Positions 21,134 through 32,137 of a stretch of 64,000 nt of DNA are shown piece after piece. Position 1 is the stretch's first letter. Each line of letters begins with the position of its first letter. The notes under the pieces were generated by a model. The model had not been told where the DNA came from. It made no database searches and saw only the letters and a list, made by a program, of their open reading frames with translations. The stretch covers positions 10,503 through 74,502 of the forward strand of contig CAWBOP010000029.1 of assembly GCA_963790465.1 (NCBI GenBank). The letters run 5' to 3'. The DNA is from Terriglobia bacterium. GTDB lineage: Bacteria > Acidobacteriota > Polarisedimenticolia > Polarisedimenticolales > JAIQFR01. Position numbers and translations under genes: made by a program.

Positions 21134-21416
21134 GAGATTCCGTCATCCGGCAGCCGCGCGCGGACATCCCCCCGGGGCGCACCCCGAGCGCGAGGCTGAG
21201 CTTGGCGCTCGCGAAGTGCAGCACGGCGGCGACGAGGAGGTCGCTGCCGCGGCAAGCGCCACCTGGGTCGGCATGGCGGGAGCCCAAGGGGGCATTATTT
21301 CACCTCGAGCGGAGTGCCATGGATCTCGGCCGTCGCAGGGTCGCACTCTCTGCCGGGGCGGTCGGCGACCGGGACTCTTGCAGGATCCTCGGGCTGGAAA
21401 GGCTGGAAATCTCCTA

Positions 21417-21456
21417 TTGACTCGGGCACCTCGAGGAACGTATAAGGAAGTTATAC
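21417..21456 (+). promoter_or_regulatory. Sigma70-like promoter with palindromic operator over the -10
   Basis: TTGACT-18-TATAAG; inverted repeat GTATAA-N5-TTATAC at 21440-21456. Confidence 0.55.
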
Positions 21457-21474
21457 ACTCACGGGGTTAAGCAT

Positions 21475-21668
21475 ATGCCCCGAGGCGCTGGGTACGGTGG
21501 CGGAGCGTCCGACGCGGTTCGACGACACAACGTCGTCACGTCGAGCGGTAGTTTGCGCCTCGTTCGTCAAAGCGACATCTTCGCGTCGGCGGTGCGCGAG
21601 ATCCTCGAATCGAGCCCGCTCCGCGAGGCGGGTTCCCAGCCGCTCACCCTGTCGCAGTTCCGCCTGTC
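21475..21668 (+). pseudogene. Truncated MarR-like regulator N-terminus, in frame with the downstream ferredoxin
   Basis: IFASAVREILE...PLTLSQFRL resembles MarR helix 1-2; wHTH missing. Confidence 0.4.
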
Positions 21669-21723
21669 CCTGCCGAAAACGTCACCCGGCACACGCTCGC
21701 GCCCTCAGTCCGAAGGAGATCTC

Positions 21724-22068
21724 ATGAGACTCTGGCGAAAACCGCTCGACCTGGACCAGATCAAGATCCCGCACGGGGTGGTGCGCATCGTGGTCGACCG
21801 TTGCAAAGGGTGCGGCTTCTGCGTGGAGTACTGCCCGAAAGACGTTCTGGTGATGTCCGAGGAATTCAACCGCAAGGGGTATCACCCACCCGCGGTGGTC
21901 AAGAACGGGGAATGCGTCGCTTGCAACCTCTGCGAGATGATCTGCCCCGAGTTCGCGATCTACAGCGTGTTGCTGCCGGAAGCGGGGACGGTGGCCGCGG
22001 ACGAAGACCTGCCACGGGAAGCCGACCGGCTCGAACCCGATGAGCAGCGGAGGAGGGCGGTCTCGTGA
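21724..22068 (+). CDS. korD: 2-oxoacid:ferredoxin oxidoreductase delta subunit (2x4Fe-4S)
   Basis: CKGCGFCVEYCP, CVACNLCEMICPEFAI; AAGGAG SD. Confidence 0.88.
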   Translation: MRLWRKPLDLDQIKIPHGVVRIVVDRCKGCGFCVEYCPKDVLVMSEEFNRKGYHPPAVVKNGECVACNLCEMICPEFAIYSVLLPEAGTVAADEDLPREADRLEPDEQRRRAVS

Positions 22069-23222
22069 AAGCCGATTCGAGGGGCGTCCTGACCGGTACG
22101 CACTACCTGGACGGCGATTTTGCCTGCGGCGAGGGGGCGATGGCGGCGGGCTGCCGTTTCGTGGCCGGATACCCCATCACCCCTTCCACCGAGGTCGTCG
22201 AGCGCATCGCGCGCCGGTTCCCGATGATGGGGGGGCTCTTCGTGCAGATGGAGGACGAGATGGCCAGCATGGCGGCCGTCATCGGCGCGTCTTGGACCGG
22301 CACGAAGTCCATGACGGTGACCAGCGGTCCGGGTTTCAGCCTGATGATGGAGAACATCGGCCTGGCGGCGATGATGGAGACGCCGTGCGTGGTCGTGAAC
22401 GTCCAGCGGGGCGGCCCGTCCACGGGGCTCCCGACCATGGTGGGTCAGGCCGACATGATGCAGGCGCGCTGGGGCTCTCACGGCGACTACGAGCTCGTGG
22501 CGCTGTGCCCTCAGTCGCCGCAGGAGGCGTTCGAGCTGACGGTGGAGGCGTTCAATCTCTCCGAGCGATACAGGGTGCCCGCCCTGGTCATGATGGACGA
22601 GTGCGTCGGGCACATGACGGAGAAGGTTGTCATCCCCCCGGCCGACCGGATCGAGGTCGTGCCCCGCAAGCTCACGTCCAAGCCGACGGACGAGTTCCTG
22701 CCGTACCGGGTGAGCGGCGGGGACGTTCCGGAGTTCGCCCGGGCGGGAGACGGGTACAAGTTCCACGCGACGGGTCTGACGCACGACGAGCGCGGCTATC
22801 CGGTCATGAGCGCGGAGTTCCAGGAAATCTGCGTGCGCCGCCTGGTGGACAAGATCCGGCAGAACGCCGACCGGATCGTGCGCTTCGAAGAAGAAGGAAC
22901 GGACGGCGCGGACGTGGTCGTGGTGGCGTACGGGATCACCTCCCGTATTGCCCGCATGGCGGTCGAGCTGGCGCGAAAGAAGGGGGCTAAGGTCGGGATG
23001 CTGCGGCTGGTCGTGGTCTGGCCGTTCCCCGAGAAGCGAATCCGCGAGATCGCCGGCAGGGTCAAGGCCTTCGTGGTTCCGGAGATCAACTACGGCCAGA
23101 TCGTGCTGGAGGTGGAGCGTTGCGCGGCCGGACGCGCCGCCGCGATTCTCGTCCCCCACGGCGGCGGGGGCGTCCACGATCCCAAGGACATCTGCGAGAC
23201 GATCATGGGGGTGATCCGATGA
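22065..23222 (+). CDS. korA: 2-oxoacid:ferredoxin oxidoreductase alpha subunit
   Basis: GYPITPS, QMEDE, TSGPGFSLM, QRGGPSTGLPT. Confidence 0.93.
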   Translation: MKADSRGVLTGTHYLDGDFACGEGAMAAGCRFVAGYPITPSTEVVERIARRFPMMGGLFVQMEDEMASMAAVIGASWTGTKSMTVTSGPGFSLMMENIGLAAMMETPCVVVNVQRGGPSTGLPTMVGQADMMQARWGSHGDYELVALCPQSPQEAFELTVEAFNLSERYRVPALVMMDECVGHMTEKVVIPPADRIEVVPRKLTSKPTDEFLPYRVSGGDVPEFARAGDGYKFHATGLTHDERGYPVMSAEFQEICVRRLVDKIRQNADRIVRFEEEGTDGADVVVVAYGITSRIARMAVELARKKGAKVGMLRLVVVWPFPEKRIREIAGRVKAFVVPEINYGQIVLEVERCAAGRAAAILVPHGGGGVHDPKDICETIMGVIR

Positions 23223-24115
23223 GCTCCCTTCTCGAACGAGCCGAGGTTTCGCCGGAAGAGCATCCGATCGCTCCCTTCATCCGGATGGATCGGATGCCTC
23301 ACATCTGGTGCCCGACGTGTGGCATCGGCACGGTCGTCAAGTGCTACGCGACCGCACTCCAAGAAACCGGCGTCGACCTGAACAAGGCGGCGATCGTGTC
23401 CGGGATCGGGTGTACGGGCCGGGTGGCGGGTTACATGAAGCTCGACGGGTTCCACGCCACGCACGGCAGGGCGATCCCGTTCGCGACAGGGCTGAAGCTG
23501 GGACGGCCGGAGTTGCTCGTGACCGTCTTTTCCGGGGACGGTGACCTGGTGGGGATCGGCGGCAACCACTTCATCCACGCCGCCCGGCGCAACATGGACC
23601 TCCTGGTCATCCTCGTGAACAACTTCATCTACGGGATGACCGGCGGGCAGAACGCGCCCACGACTCCGCCGACCGCGAAGACCTCGACGATGCCCTTCGG
23701 GAATTTCGAGCGCGCCTTCAATCTCCCCCACCTCGCCGCGAGCTGCGGGGCCACCTACGTGGCGCGGTGGACCTGTCTGCACGTCCGGAGGCTCACGAAG
23801 TCGATCTCCGAGGCGCTTCAGCGCAAGGGGTTCCGGTTCATCGAGGTGATCACGCCGTGCTCCACGCTGTACGCGCGCCTCAACAAGCTGGGAACCGGCC
23901 TGAGCCTGATGCGGTTCTACCACGACAACGCTGAGATCCGCCACGGTGCCGATACCCGGGAGCTGGGCATCGGATACCAGGATCGCGTGGTCTGCGGCAA
24001 GTTCGTCGACGAGGAGCGCCCGACCTACCTCGACATGATGCACGACTACTACCGAAAAGTCCTGGGCGACAAGTACGTGCCGATGCCTCCGGAAGGAGGG
24101 ATGATCCATGGATAG
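23219..24115 (+). CDS. korB: 2-oxoacid:ferredoxin oxidoreductase beta subunit (TPP)
   Basis: WCPTCG, SGIGC, HGRA, GDGD, NNFIYGMTGGQ. Confidence 0.93.
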   Translation: MSSLLERAEVSPEEHPIAPFIRMDRMPHIWCPTCGIGTVVKCYATALQETGVDLNKAAIVSGIGCTGRVAGYMKLDGFHATHGRAIPFATGLKLGRPELLVTVFSGDGDLVGIGGNHFIHAARRNMDLLVILVNNFIYGMTGGQNAPTTPPTAKTSTMPFGNFERAFNLPHLAASCGATYVARWTCLHVRRLTKSISEALQRKGFRFIEVITPCSTLYARLNKLGTGLSLMRFYHDNAEIRHGADTRELGIGYQDRVVCGKFVDEERPTYLDMMHDYYRKVLGDKYVPMPPEGGMIHG

Positions 24116-24701
24116 GAAAGAAATCCGGGTCACGGGCTACGGTGGCCAGGGCGTGGTTCTCCTGAGTTATGTGATCGGCCGCGCCTGCGCGGTGCACGCC
24201 GGCATGCACGCCACGATGATCCAGAGCTTCGGTCCGGAGGCGCGCGGATCGGCATGCAGTGCGACGCTCGTGGTCTCGGACAGCGAGGTGCTCTACCCGT
24301 ACATCGCGCGTCCCGACATCTTCGTGGTCATGTCCGGCGAAGGGTACGAGAAGTACGCCGACGAGCTCAAGGACGGCGGCGTCCTGATCTACGAGAAGGA
24401 CCTGGTCCGACCGACCGTCAAAACGGGGCAGCGGGCCCACGGGATCCCCTCCACGCGGATCGCGGAGTCTCTCGGCCGCTCCATGGTTCAGAACATCGTG
24501 ATGCTGGGCTTCTTCTCAGCGATCACGCGTATCGTCTCCCTCGACCAGATCCGGGAGGCGGTCAAGGTATCGGTGCCGGCGGGAACCGAGGAGCTGAACG
24601 TCAAGGCCTTCGACGCCGGCTGGGCCCATTTCGAGGCGCCGGACGCAGAAGATTCGGCGGCCAGGACCGAGACGGTGGCCGCCACCTCGGGACCGCGGTG
24701 A
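24108..24701 (+). CDS. korC: 2-oxoacid:ferredoxin oxidoreductase gamma subunit
   Basis: [21 protein letters not shown]. Confidence 0.9.
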   Translation: MDRKEIRVTGYGGQGVVLLSYVIGRACAVHAGMHATMIQSFGPEARGSACSATLVVSDSEVLYPYIARPDIFVVMSGEGYEKYADELKDGGVLIYEKDLVRPTVKTGQRAHGIPSTRIAESLGRSMVQNIVMLGFFSAITRIVSLDQIREAVKVSVPAGTEELNVKAFDAGWAHFEAPDAEDSAARTETVAATSGPR

Positions 24702-24733
24702 AATCCGACACAACTTTTCGGAGGCGCAGGAGC

Positions 24734-27700
24734 ATGGACGATTCATCGGCGCGAGACGGTGGGGGGCGGGGCATCGGCACGGAGAAGAGAGCGCTGGTCG
24801 TCGGCGGAGGCATCGCCGGGATCCAGGCGGCCCTGGACCTCGCCAGTGCCCGCATTCGCGTGACCCTGGTGGAGAAGTCGTCTTCGCTGGGCGGCCGCAT
24901 GGCCCAGTTGGACAAGACCTTCCCCACCATGGACTGCTCGATCTGAATCCTCGGCCCCAGGGCCATGGATGCCGGTCGGCATCCACTGATCGAGGTCGTC
25001 ACGCTGGCGGAAGTCGTCGGCTGCGAAGGCGAGCCGGGGGATTTCCGGGTTCGCATCCGGAGGACCCCTCGGTACGTGCGTGAGGACCTGTGCGTGGCGT
25101 GCGGGCTGTGCGTGGATGCCTGCCCCCAGGTCGGCGGCAACGAGTTCGACGTCGGGCTCAAGGCCCGCAAGGCGATCTACCGACCGTTTCCGCAGTCGGT
25201 TCCGGCGGCTTACGTGATCGATCGGGAGGCCTGTCTCAACGACCGGATCCTGGTTTGCGACCGCTGCTCGAGGGTGTGCGACGTCGGCGCCATCGATTTC
25301 GACATGACGCCCCGCGAGACGGTCGTCCGGGCGGGCGCCATTCTGGTCGCCGTGGGCTTCGAGGAATTCGACGCCCGGAAACTCGGCCACTACGGCTACG
25401 GTAGGCTCCCCGACGTCGTCACCAGTCTCGAATTCGAGAGGATGCTCAACGCCTCCGGGGTGACGCAGGGCCACGTCGTGCGGCCATCCGACAGGAAGAC
25501 CCCGAAGCGGATCGTGTTCATCCAGTGCGTGGGCGCCCGGGGGGAGGGCGGCCGCCCGTACTGCAGCCGCTTCTGCTGCATGAACGCGGTGAAGGACTCC
25601 ATGCTGGTGCGGCAGCACGATCCCGAGGTCGAGGACGTGACCATCCTCTACACCGACCTTCGCGCCTTCGGGAAGGGGTTCGACGATTTCGTGAAACGCG
25701 CCATGGACGAGAAGAGCGCCGAGTTCATCCGCGGCCGCCCCGCGAAGGTCGAGCGCGCCGCGGATGGGAACTCGCTGGAAGTCCTGGTCGAGGACACGCT
25801 GGCGCATCGCCAGCGCCGCATCGGCGCCGACCTCGTCGTGCTGTCCGTCGCCGCGTCGCCGAACGTCGGCGCGACGACGTTGGCCCGCACGCTTGGGATC
25901 GCCACCGACCGCTACGGCTTCGTCGCCCGCCGGGACCCCGCGGTTTCGGCGGTGGAGACCACGCGGGAGGGCATATTCGCCTGCGGCAGCGCGGTCGGCC
26001 CCCAGGTGATCCCGGACTGCGTCGCGCAGGCCTCGGCGGCGGCGGCCCGGGCCCAGCTTTTTTTCACCGGAGACCGAGTCGAGGAGCATGCGAGGCCCGT
26101 TCCGCCCCTCGACACTACCGGTCCGCCCCGGGTGGGCGTCCTCGTCTGCCGTTGCGGACTCAACATCGCCGGGGTTCTCGATGTCGAGGATCTCACGCGC
26201 TACGCCTCCTCCCTTCGGGGTGTCGTCGCCGCGGAGAACCAGCTGTTTGCCTGCTCGGCCGGGGGCCAAAACTCCCTCGTCGATCTCGTCCGGGACCACG
26301 GGCTCAACCGCCTCGTGATCGCCGCGTGCACGCCGCGGACCCACGAGCCCGTCTTCCGAGAGACCTGCGCGCGGATCGGCTTCAATCCCTACCTCCTCGA
26401 GATGGCCAACATCCGGGACCAGTGCGCGTGGGTCCACGCGAGGCACCCGCTCGCAGCCCAGGAAAAGGCGCGAACGCTGATCCGTATGGCCATCGCGCGG
26501 GCCCGCCACCTCGAGCCGCTCCACGAAGGCGAGTCGCCGATGACCCGGTCGGCGCTGGTCGTCGGCGGAGGGATCGCGGGGATCCAGGCTGCGACCGACC
26601 TCGCGGTCCAGGGGATCCCGGTGACCCTGGTCGAGAAGGAAAGTCGGCTCGGAGGCCGGCTCCGTGAGCCGAGCCTGAAGCACCTCTATCCCAACATGCG
26701 ACCGGCAGCCGAGGTTCTGGAGCAGAAGATCGCGCGTCTCGGGGAGAGCGGAGCCCGTGTTCTGCTGGAGACCGAGGTGGAGAACATCTCGGGTTTCGTG
26801 GGGTGCTTCGAGGCAACGCTCAAGGGGCGCTCCAGGGAGATCCTGCCCGTCGGGACCATCATTCTCGCGGTCGGCGCGGAGCTTTTCGACCCCCGGGGCG
26901 CCTACCGCTACGGCGAGCTTGAGAACGTGCTGACCAGCGAGGAGTTGGAGCGCGGGTTCTTCGAGGCCGGCGACGGACGGGTCGTGCGCGGCGAGCAGCC
27001 GGACAGTGCCGCGTTCATTCTGTGCGTCGGCTCCCGCGACCCGGACGGGTTCACCGGGTGCTCACGGTACTGTTGTCCGACGGCGATCAAGCAGGCCATT
27101 CAGCTCAGCCGGCGGGGGATCGATACCACGATCTTCTACCGCGACATCCGGACGATCTCGACGGGGGCGGAGGAGATGTACCGCGAGGCTCGAGAGTCGG
27201 GAGTGCTCTTCGTCCGGATCCCGCCGGGACGGAAACCCGAGGTCCTGGGCGAGGAACGGGCGCGGGCTATCCACTGCTTCGACGATCTGCTGGGGCGGGA
27301 GTTGGAAGTGCCGACGGACCTCGTGGTGCTCAGCGTCGGCATGAGACCGCGGCAGCCGGAGACGCAGCGGTTCCACGACATGCTCAAGGCCAGCCTCGGG
27401 CTCGACGGGTTCTTCCTCGAGCGTCATCCCGAGCTGGCGCCGGTGGAGACCGCGGTGGAGGGGTTGTTCCTCGCCGGAACGGTCCAGGGCCCCAAGGACA
27501 TCGTCGACTCCGTCGCCCAGGCCTCCGCTGCCGCGGCGAAGGCCTCGGTCTTCCTAGCCCACGACAAGGTGAGGCTCGATCCCGCGGTGGCTGCGGTGGA
27601 CGAGGCGAGATGCCGCGGGTGCGGCAGCTGCGTCGAGATCTGTCAGTTCCAGGCGCCCCGTCTCGCAGAGACCGCATCCGGCCTCTTCGCGGCGCACGTC

Positions 27701-27832
27701 AACGCGTCGCTTTGCAAGGGGTGCGGGACCTGCGCGAGCTGGTGCCCCTCGGGCGCCATCGCCTCGAGGCACTTCACCGACCGACAGGTGCACGCCATGA
27801 TCGACGCGTTCTTCGCCGAGGAGATCGCATGA
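24734..27832 (+). CDS. hdrA: Tandem (two-module) HdrA-like flavoprotein, selenoprotein with UGA at 24944-24946, ~1032 aa
   Basis: VVGGGIAG...[16 protein letters not shown] continues in frame into ORF 24965..27832; two FAD motifs, ferredoxin motifs, CSRFCC and CSRYCC. Confidence 0.9.
24966..24985 (+). promoter_or_regulatory. Bacterial SECIS-like hairpin
   Basis: TGGATGCC-GGTC-GGCATCCA, 19 nt after the in-frame UGA. Confidence 0.8.
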
Positions 27833-28308
27833 CGCGGCGCGCTTCGGAGAAGCGAGCCGCGGCGGAGCAGCCTCCCGTCGCGGCGGCCCCATGGAACCCG
27901 AGCATCGTCGTGTTTGCGTGCAACTGGTGCTCCTATGCGGGCGCGGACACCGCCGGCGTCTCCCGGATCCAGCACGAGCCGCATTTCCGCATGATCCGGG
28001 TGATGTGTTCGGGGCGCATCCAACCGGGTTTCGTGTTGCGCGCGTTCGAAAGAGGGGCCGATGGCGTGCTGGTCTCGGGGTGTCACTTCGGAGACTGCCA
28101 CTACGTGTTCGGCAACCACCGCGCGGTGGAGCAGTTCGAGAAGACGAAGAACGTCGTCCGCCTCCTGGGGCTCGAGAACGGACGGCTGCGGCTGGAGTGG
28201 ATCAGCGCGGCGGAAGGGCCCCGGTTCGCGGCGGTCATCAACGAGTTCACCGAGGTGGTGCGCAAGCTGGGCCCGAGCCCCTTCGCGGGTCATGGCAGGG
28301 CGGCGTGA
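27829..28308 (+). CDS. mvhD: MvhD-like 2Fe-2S subunit
   Basis: [35 protein letters not shown]. Confidence 0.92.
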   Translation: MTRRASEKRAAAEQPPVAAAPWNPSIVVFACNWCSYAGADTAGVSRIQHEPHFRMIRVMCSGRIQPGFVLRAFERGADGVLVSGCHFGDCHYVFGNHRAVEQFEKTKNVVRLLGLENGRLRLEWISAAEGPRFAAVINEFTEVVRKLGPSPFAGHGRAA

Positions 28309-29471
28309 GCGGGGAAGGAGCGAAGGTGATGCCGGAACTCGCCGAGGCGTCGAAGAGGACCCGGGCGTGGGCCTGCTACGATTGCGGGAAGTGCACCGCG
28401 TCCTGCCCGATCGCCCGGGCGGGCGGCGACTGCAGCCCGCGGCGAAACGTCCTTGCCATGAACCTCGGGGCGACCGGCGGGGAGCCGGCGAGCGCCAGCC
28501 TCTTCACCTGCCTCACCTGCTCACTCTGCGACCGGCGCTGCCCCGCCCAGGTCGCGTACACCGACCTCGTGCGGAGCCTCAGGGAGCACGCCTTCCGCGA
28601 AGGGGTGGAACCGGAATGCCCGCACGGCGGGGCTCTTCAGTCCGCCATGCGGATGATGGCCAGGGGGGGCACGCGCCAGGACAGAATGGGCTGGTTGGGC
28701 GGCGACCTCAAAACCCAGCCTGCGGCCGGAAAGGTGTTCTACTGGACCGGCTGCGCGATGTACTTCGACGCCTTCTTTCCCGACCTCGGCCTCTCCATCC
28801 TCGACGGTCCGCGGGCGGCCGTGCGCTCGATGAACAGGCTGGGTGTGGAGCCCGTGATCTCGCCGGCCGAGCGCTGCTGCGGGCACGATCTCCTGTGGAA
28901 CGGCGATCGCAACGCCTTCGACCTCCTGGCGAAGCACAACGTCGACCTGGTGGCGGGCAGCGGCGCCGACGTGCTTGTAACTTCGTGCGCCGAGTGCCTC
29001 CGAACGTGGAAGGCGGACTACGCGCCGCTCCTCGCGGGGAAGCCCTTGCGAATTCTCCACATCACCGAGTTCCTGCTCGAGCACTTGTCCGAGCTCGAAC
29101 TAAGATCCGACGCCGGGGGGCGGGTCACCTACCAGGACCCCTGCCGGCTCGGTCGTCACCTCGGAATCTACGATCCTCCCCGACGGCTTCTGCGGGAGTT
29201 GCCCGGGGTTGCCCTGGTGGAGATGGGGCGGACCGGCCCCGCGGCGATCTGCTGCGGCGGGGGGACCTGGTCCCACTGCGACGGCTTCGCCAAGAAGATC
29301 CAGGTGGAGCGTTTGCGCGAGGCCAAGGCGACGGGAGCGGATGTGCTGGTGACGGCGTGCCCGAAGTGCCAGATCCACTTCCGTTGCGCCATGAAGGACC
29401 CGATTCTCGGGGGGGAGATCGGCCTCAGAGTTCGCGACGTGGCCGAGCTCATCGCCGACGCGCTCGGCTAG
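28305..29471 (+). CDS. HdrD/GlpC-like Fe-S protein (2x4Fe-4S plus two CCG domains)
   Basis: [49 protein letters not shown]; start GTG 28305 or ATG 28329. Confidence 0.88.
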   Translation: MSGEGAKVMPELAEASKRTRAWACYDCGKCTASCPIARAGGDCSPRRNVLAMNLGATGGEPASASLFTCLTCSLCDRRCPAQVAYTDLVRSLREHAFREGVEPECPHGGALQSAMRMMARGGTRQDRMGWLGGDLKTQPAAGKVFYWTGCAMYFDAFFPDLGLSILDGPRAAVRSMNRLGVEPVISPAERCCGHDLLWNGDRNAFDLLAKHNVDLVAGSGADVLVTSCAECLRTWKADYAPLLAGKPLRILHITEFLLEHLSELELRSDAGGRVTYQDPCRLGRHLGIYDPPRRLLRELPGVALVEMGRTGPAAICCGGGTWSHCDGFAKKIQVERLREAKATGADVLVTACPKCQIHFRCAMKDPILGGEIGLRVRDVAELIADALG

Positions 29472-29511
29472 AGAGCCCAACTCGACGGGCTCGCGGAAAG
29501 GAGAACGATCG

Positions 29512-31959
29512 ATGGCTCTCAATGCGACCGCCGCCGACCTCCGCATAGGCGTTTTCGTCTGCGATTGCGGGCTGAACATCGCCGGCACCGTGGACTGCGC
29601 GGCGGTGGCCGAGTACGCGAACACGATGCCGGACGTGACCTGCGTGGTCCGGAACAAGTACACCTGCGCCGAACCGGGCCAACAGGAAATCAGGTCGGCG
29701 ATTCGCCAGCACAACCTGAACCGGGTTGTCGTCGCGTCGTGCACGCCGAGACAGCACGAGCCCACGTTCCGGCAGTGCGTGTTCGAGGCGGGCTTGAACC
29801 CGTACCTGATGGAGATGGCCAACCTGCGGGAGCACTGCTCCTGGGTCCACGCGGGCGACCGGGAGGGGGCGACGGAAAAGGCCAAGGACCTTGTCGCCTC
29901 GGCCGTCGCGCGCGCCCGCTTCCTCCAGCCCCAGGAGGAGATCACCGTGCCGGTCACGAAGGCGGTGCTGGTGATCGGCGGAGGGGTGGCGGGCATCGAG
30001 ACCGCCATCGAGCTGGCCGACGCGGGGCACAAGGTGATCCTGGTCGAGAAGGAGCCCTCCATCGGTGGGATCATGGCGCAGCTCGACAAGACCTATCCCA
30101 CGATGGACTGCTCGATATGAATCCTCGGGCCTAAGGCCATCGATGCCGGTCGGCATCGAAACATCGAGCTCCTGACGTACAGCGAAGTCGAGCAGGTTTC
30201 CGGCTTCATCGGGAATTTCAAGGCCACGATCCGCAAGAAGGCCCGATACGTCGATCCCAAGGCGTGCAACGGATGCGGCGAATGCGCGAAGGTGTGCCCC
30301 GTCGTCCGCCCGGACGAGTACCAGATGGGGCTGTCCTCACGGAAAGCCGTCTACATCCCGTTTCCCCAGGCGGTGCCCTGCTCCTACATCCTGAACATGG
30401 ACGACTGCCTCGGGAACAACCCGATCGCGTGCGGGAAGTGCGCGGAGGTGTGCGAGAAGCGCGCGATCGATTACGACGATCGCGCCGAGATTCTGACACG
30501 GGAGATCGGAGCCATCGTCGTGGCGATCGGCCTGGACGTCTACGATCCGACGGAGATGGATGAGTACGGCTACACCCGCTTCGAGAACGTCATCACGTCC
30601 ATGGAGTTCGAGCGTCTGATCTGCGCCGGCGGACCCACCGCGGGTCACTTCGTCCGCCCCAGCGACAACGTGCGCCCGAGGCGGATGGGCTTCATCCAGT
30701 GCGTCGGATCCAGGAACCCGAAGATCGGCCGGCCGTACTGCTCCAACATCTGCTGCATGAACACGGTGAAGGACACGCTGCTCCTCGCCGACCACTACCC
30801 CGACGTGGAGAACGTGGTGTTCTACCAGGACATCCGCGCATTCGGGAAATCCTTCGAGGACATGTACCAGAGGTCGAAGCAGGCCGGAACGCGCTACGTC
30901 CGGGGACTCCCGGGGGACATCGAGGAGGATCCCGGGACGAGGAACCTGGTCGTCACCGTGGAGAACACCACCACCGGAAGACTCGAGCGCCACGAGCTGG
31001 ACATGGTGGTCCTGTCGGTGGGAGTGGTGCCGCCGAAAGACCTCGCGAAGATCTCCTCGATGCTGACGCTCTCCAAGACCTCCGATGGGTTCTTCATGGA
31101 GACCCACCCGAAGCTGAAGCCGGTGGACGCGCCGACCCGTGGCATCTACTTCGCGGGATTCTGCGAGGCTCCCAAGGACATCAAGGACTCGGTCTGCCAG
31201 GCGGGCGCCGCGGCCTCCCGCGCGGGAGCCCTCCTCAACATCGGTCTAATCAAGATCGAGGCGATCACCAGTCGCATCGACGAGGTCGAGTGCAAGAAGT
31301 GCGGCCTCTGCGCCCCCATCTGCCCCTACGGGGCGATCGTCTGGAAGAAAGGCGAGGTGGCCACGGTCGTGGAGGCGGCGTGCGCGGGCTGCGGGGCGTG
31401 CGGCGCGACCTGTCAGTACGGCGCGATCACCATGCGGCACTTCACCGACGATCAGATCCTGGCGCAGGTGCACGCGATCCTCGCGGAGAGGCCGCAGGAC
31501 AAGGTCTTCGCCTTCGCCTGCAACTGGTGCTCGTACGCCGGCGGCGACATGGCGGGGATCTCCCGCGTCCAGTATCCGGCCACGAACCGCGTCGTGCGCA
31601 CGATGTGCTCCGCTCGCGTCTCGGAGGAGATGGTGGTGGAGGCATTCCGGGCCGGCGCGCCCGTGGTCCTTGTGTCGGGATGCCACTACGCGGACTGTCA
31701 CTACATCAACGCCAACCGGCAGACCGTGAAGCGCGTGCAACGTTTGTGGGACCGCTTGGAGAAGGTGGGGATCCGACCGGAACGGCTCCAGCTCGAGTGG
31801 ATCAGCGCCGCAGAGGGGCAGAAGTTCGCCAGCGTGATGCGCCGGATGGAGGAACTGAGAAAGACGGTCACCGCCGCCGAGATCGAGCACGCTCGGCAGG
31901 CATTGAAACTCAGGGCGGGCAAGGCAGCCGGCATCGCCGTGGGAGCGGCTCCGAGCTAG
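29512..31959 (+). CDS. hdrA: HdrA-MvhD fusion, selenoprotein with UGA at 30118-30120, ~815 aa
   Basis: IGVFVCDCG...IGGGVAG...[17 protein letters not shown] continues in frame into ORF 30292..31959; C-terminal FACNWCSY...GCHYADCHY. Confidence 0.9.
30140..30159 (+). promoter_or_regulatory. Bacterial SECIS-like hairpin
   Basis: TCGATGCC-GGTC-GGCATCGA, 19 nt after the in-frame UGA. Confidence 0.8.
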
Positions 31960-31976
31960 ACGATTCGGGGGATCGC

Positions 31977-32132
31977 ATGGGCACAGCCTCGGTCGAGACT
32001 TTTCGCTGCATGATGTGCGGCCACGAGTACCAGGAGCGGGTCGAGCCCGGCGAGGACAAGGAGCGCTCGTGCCCCAAATGCCGCTCGAACAGCATCCGCC
32101 ATCTCAAGAAGAAACGGTCGGAGAAGGAGTAA
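31977..32132 (+). CDS. Small zinc-ribbon/rubredoxin-like protein, 51 aa
   Basis: FRCMMCGHEY...CPKCRS; GGGGA SD; fills the gap in the operon. Confidence 0.75.
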   Translation: MGTASVETFRCMMCGHEYQERVEPGEDKERSCPKCRSNSIRHLKKKRSEKE

Positions 32133-32137
32133 AGCCG

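Noticed and set aside
27829-28308. Selenocysteine in MvhD or HdrB/D subunits
   Set aside because: All expected Cys codons are TGC/TGT; no further in-frame UGA seen.
24944-30120. HdrA genes as nonsense pseudogenes, or genome-wide UGA reassignment
   Set aside because: The same stop at the same Cys column in two diverged paralogues with conserved hairpins argues against decay. TGA is an ordinary stop in many genes here (korA, obgE, nadD), so the code is not reassigned.
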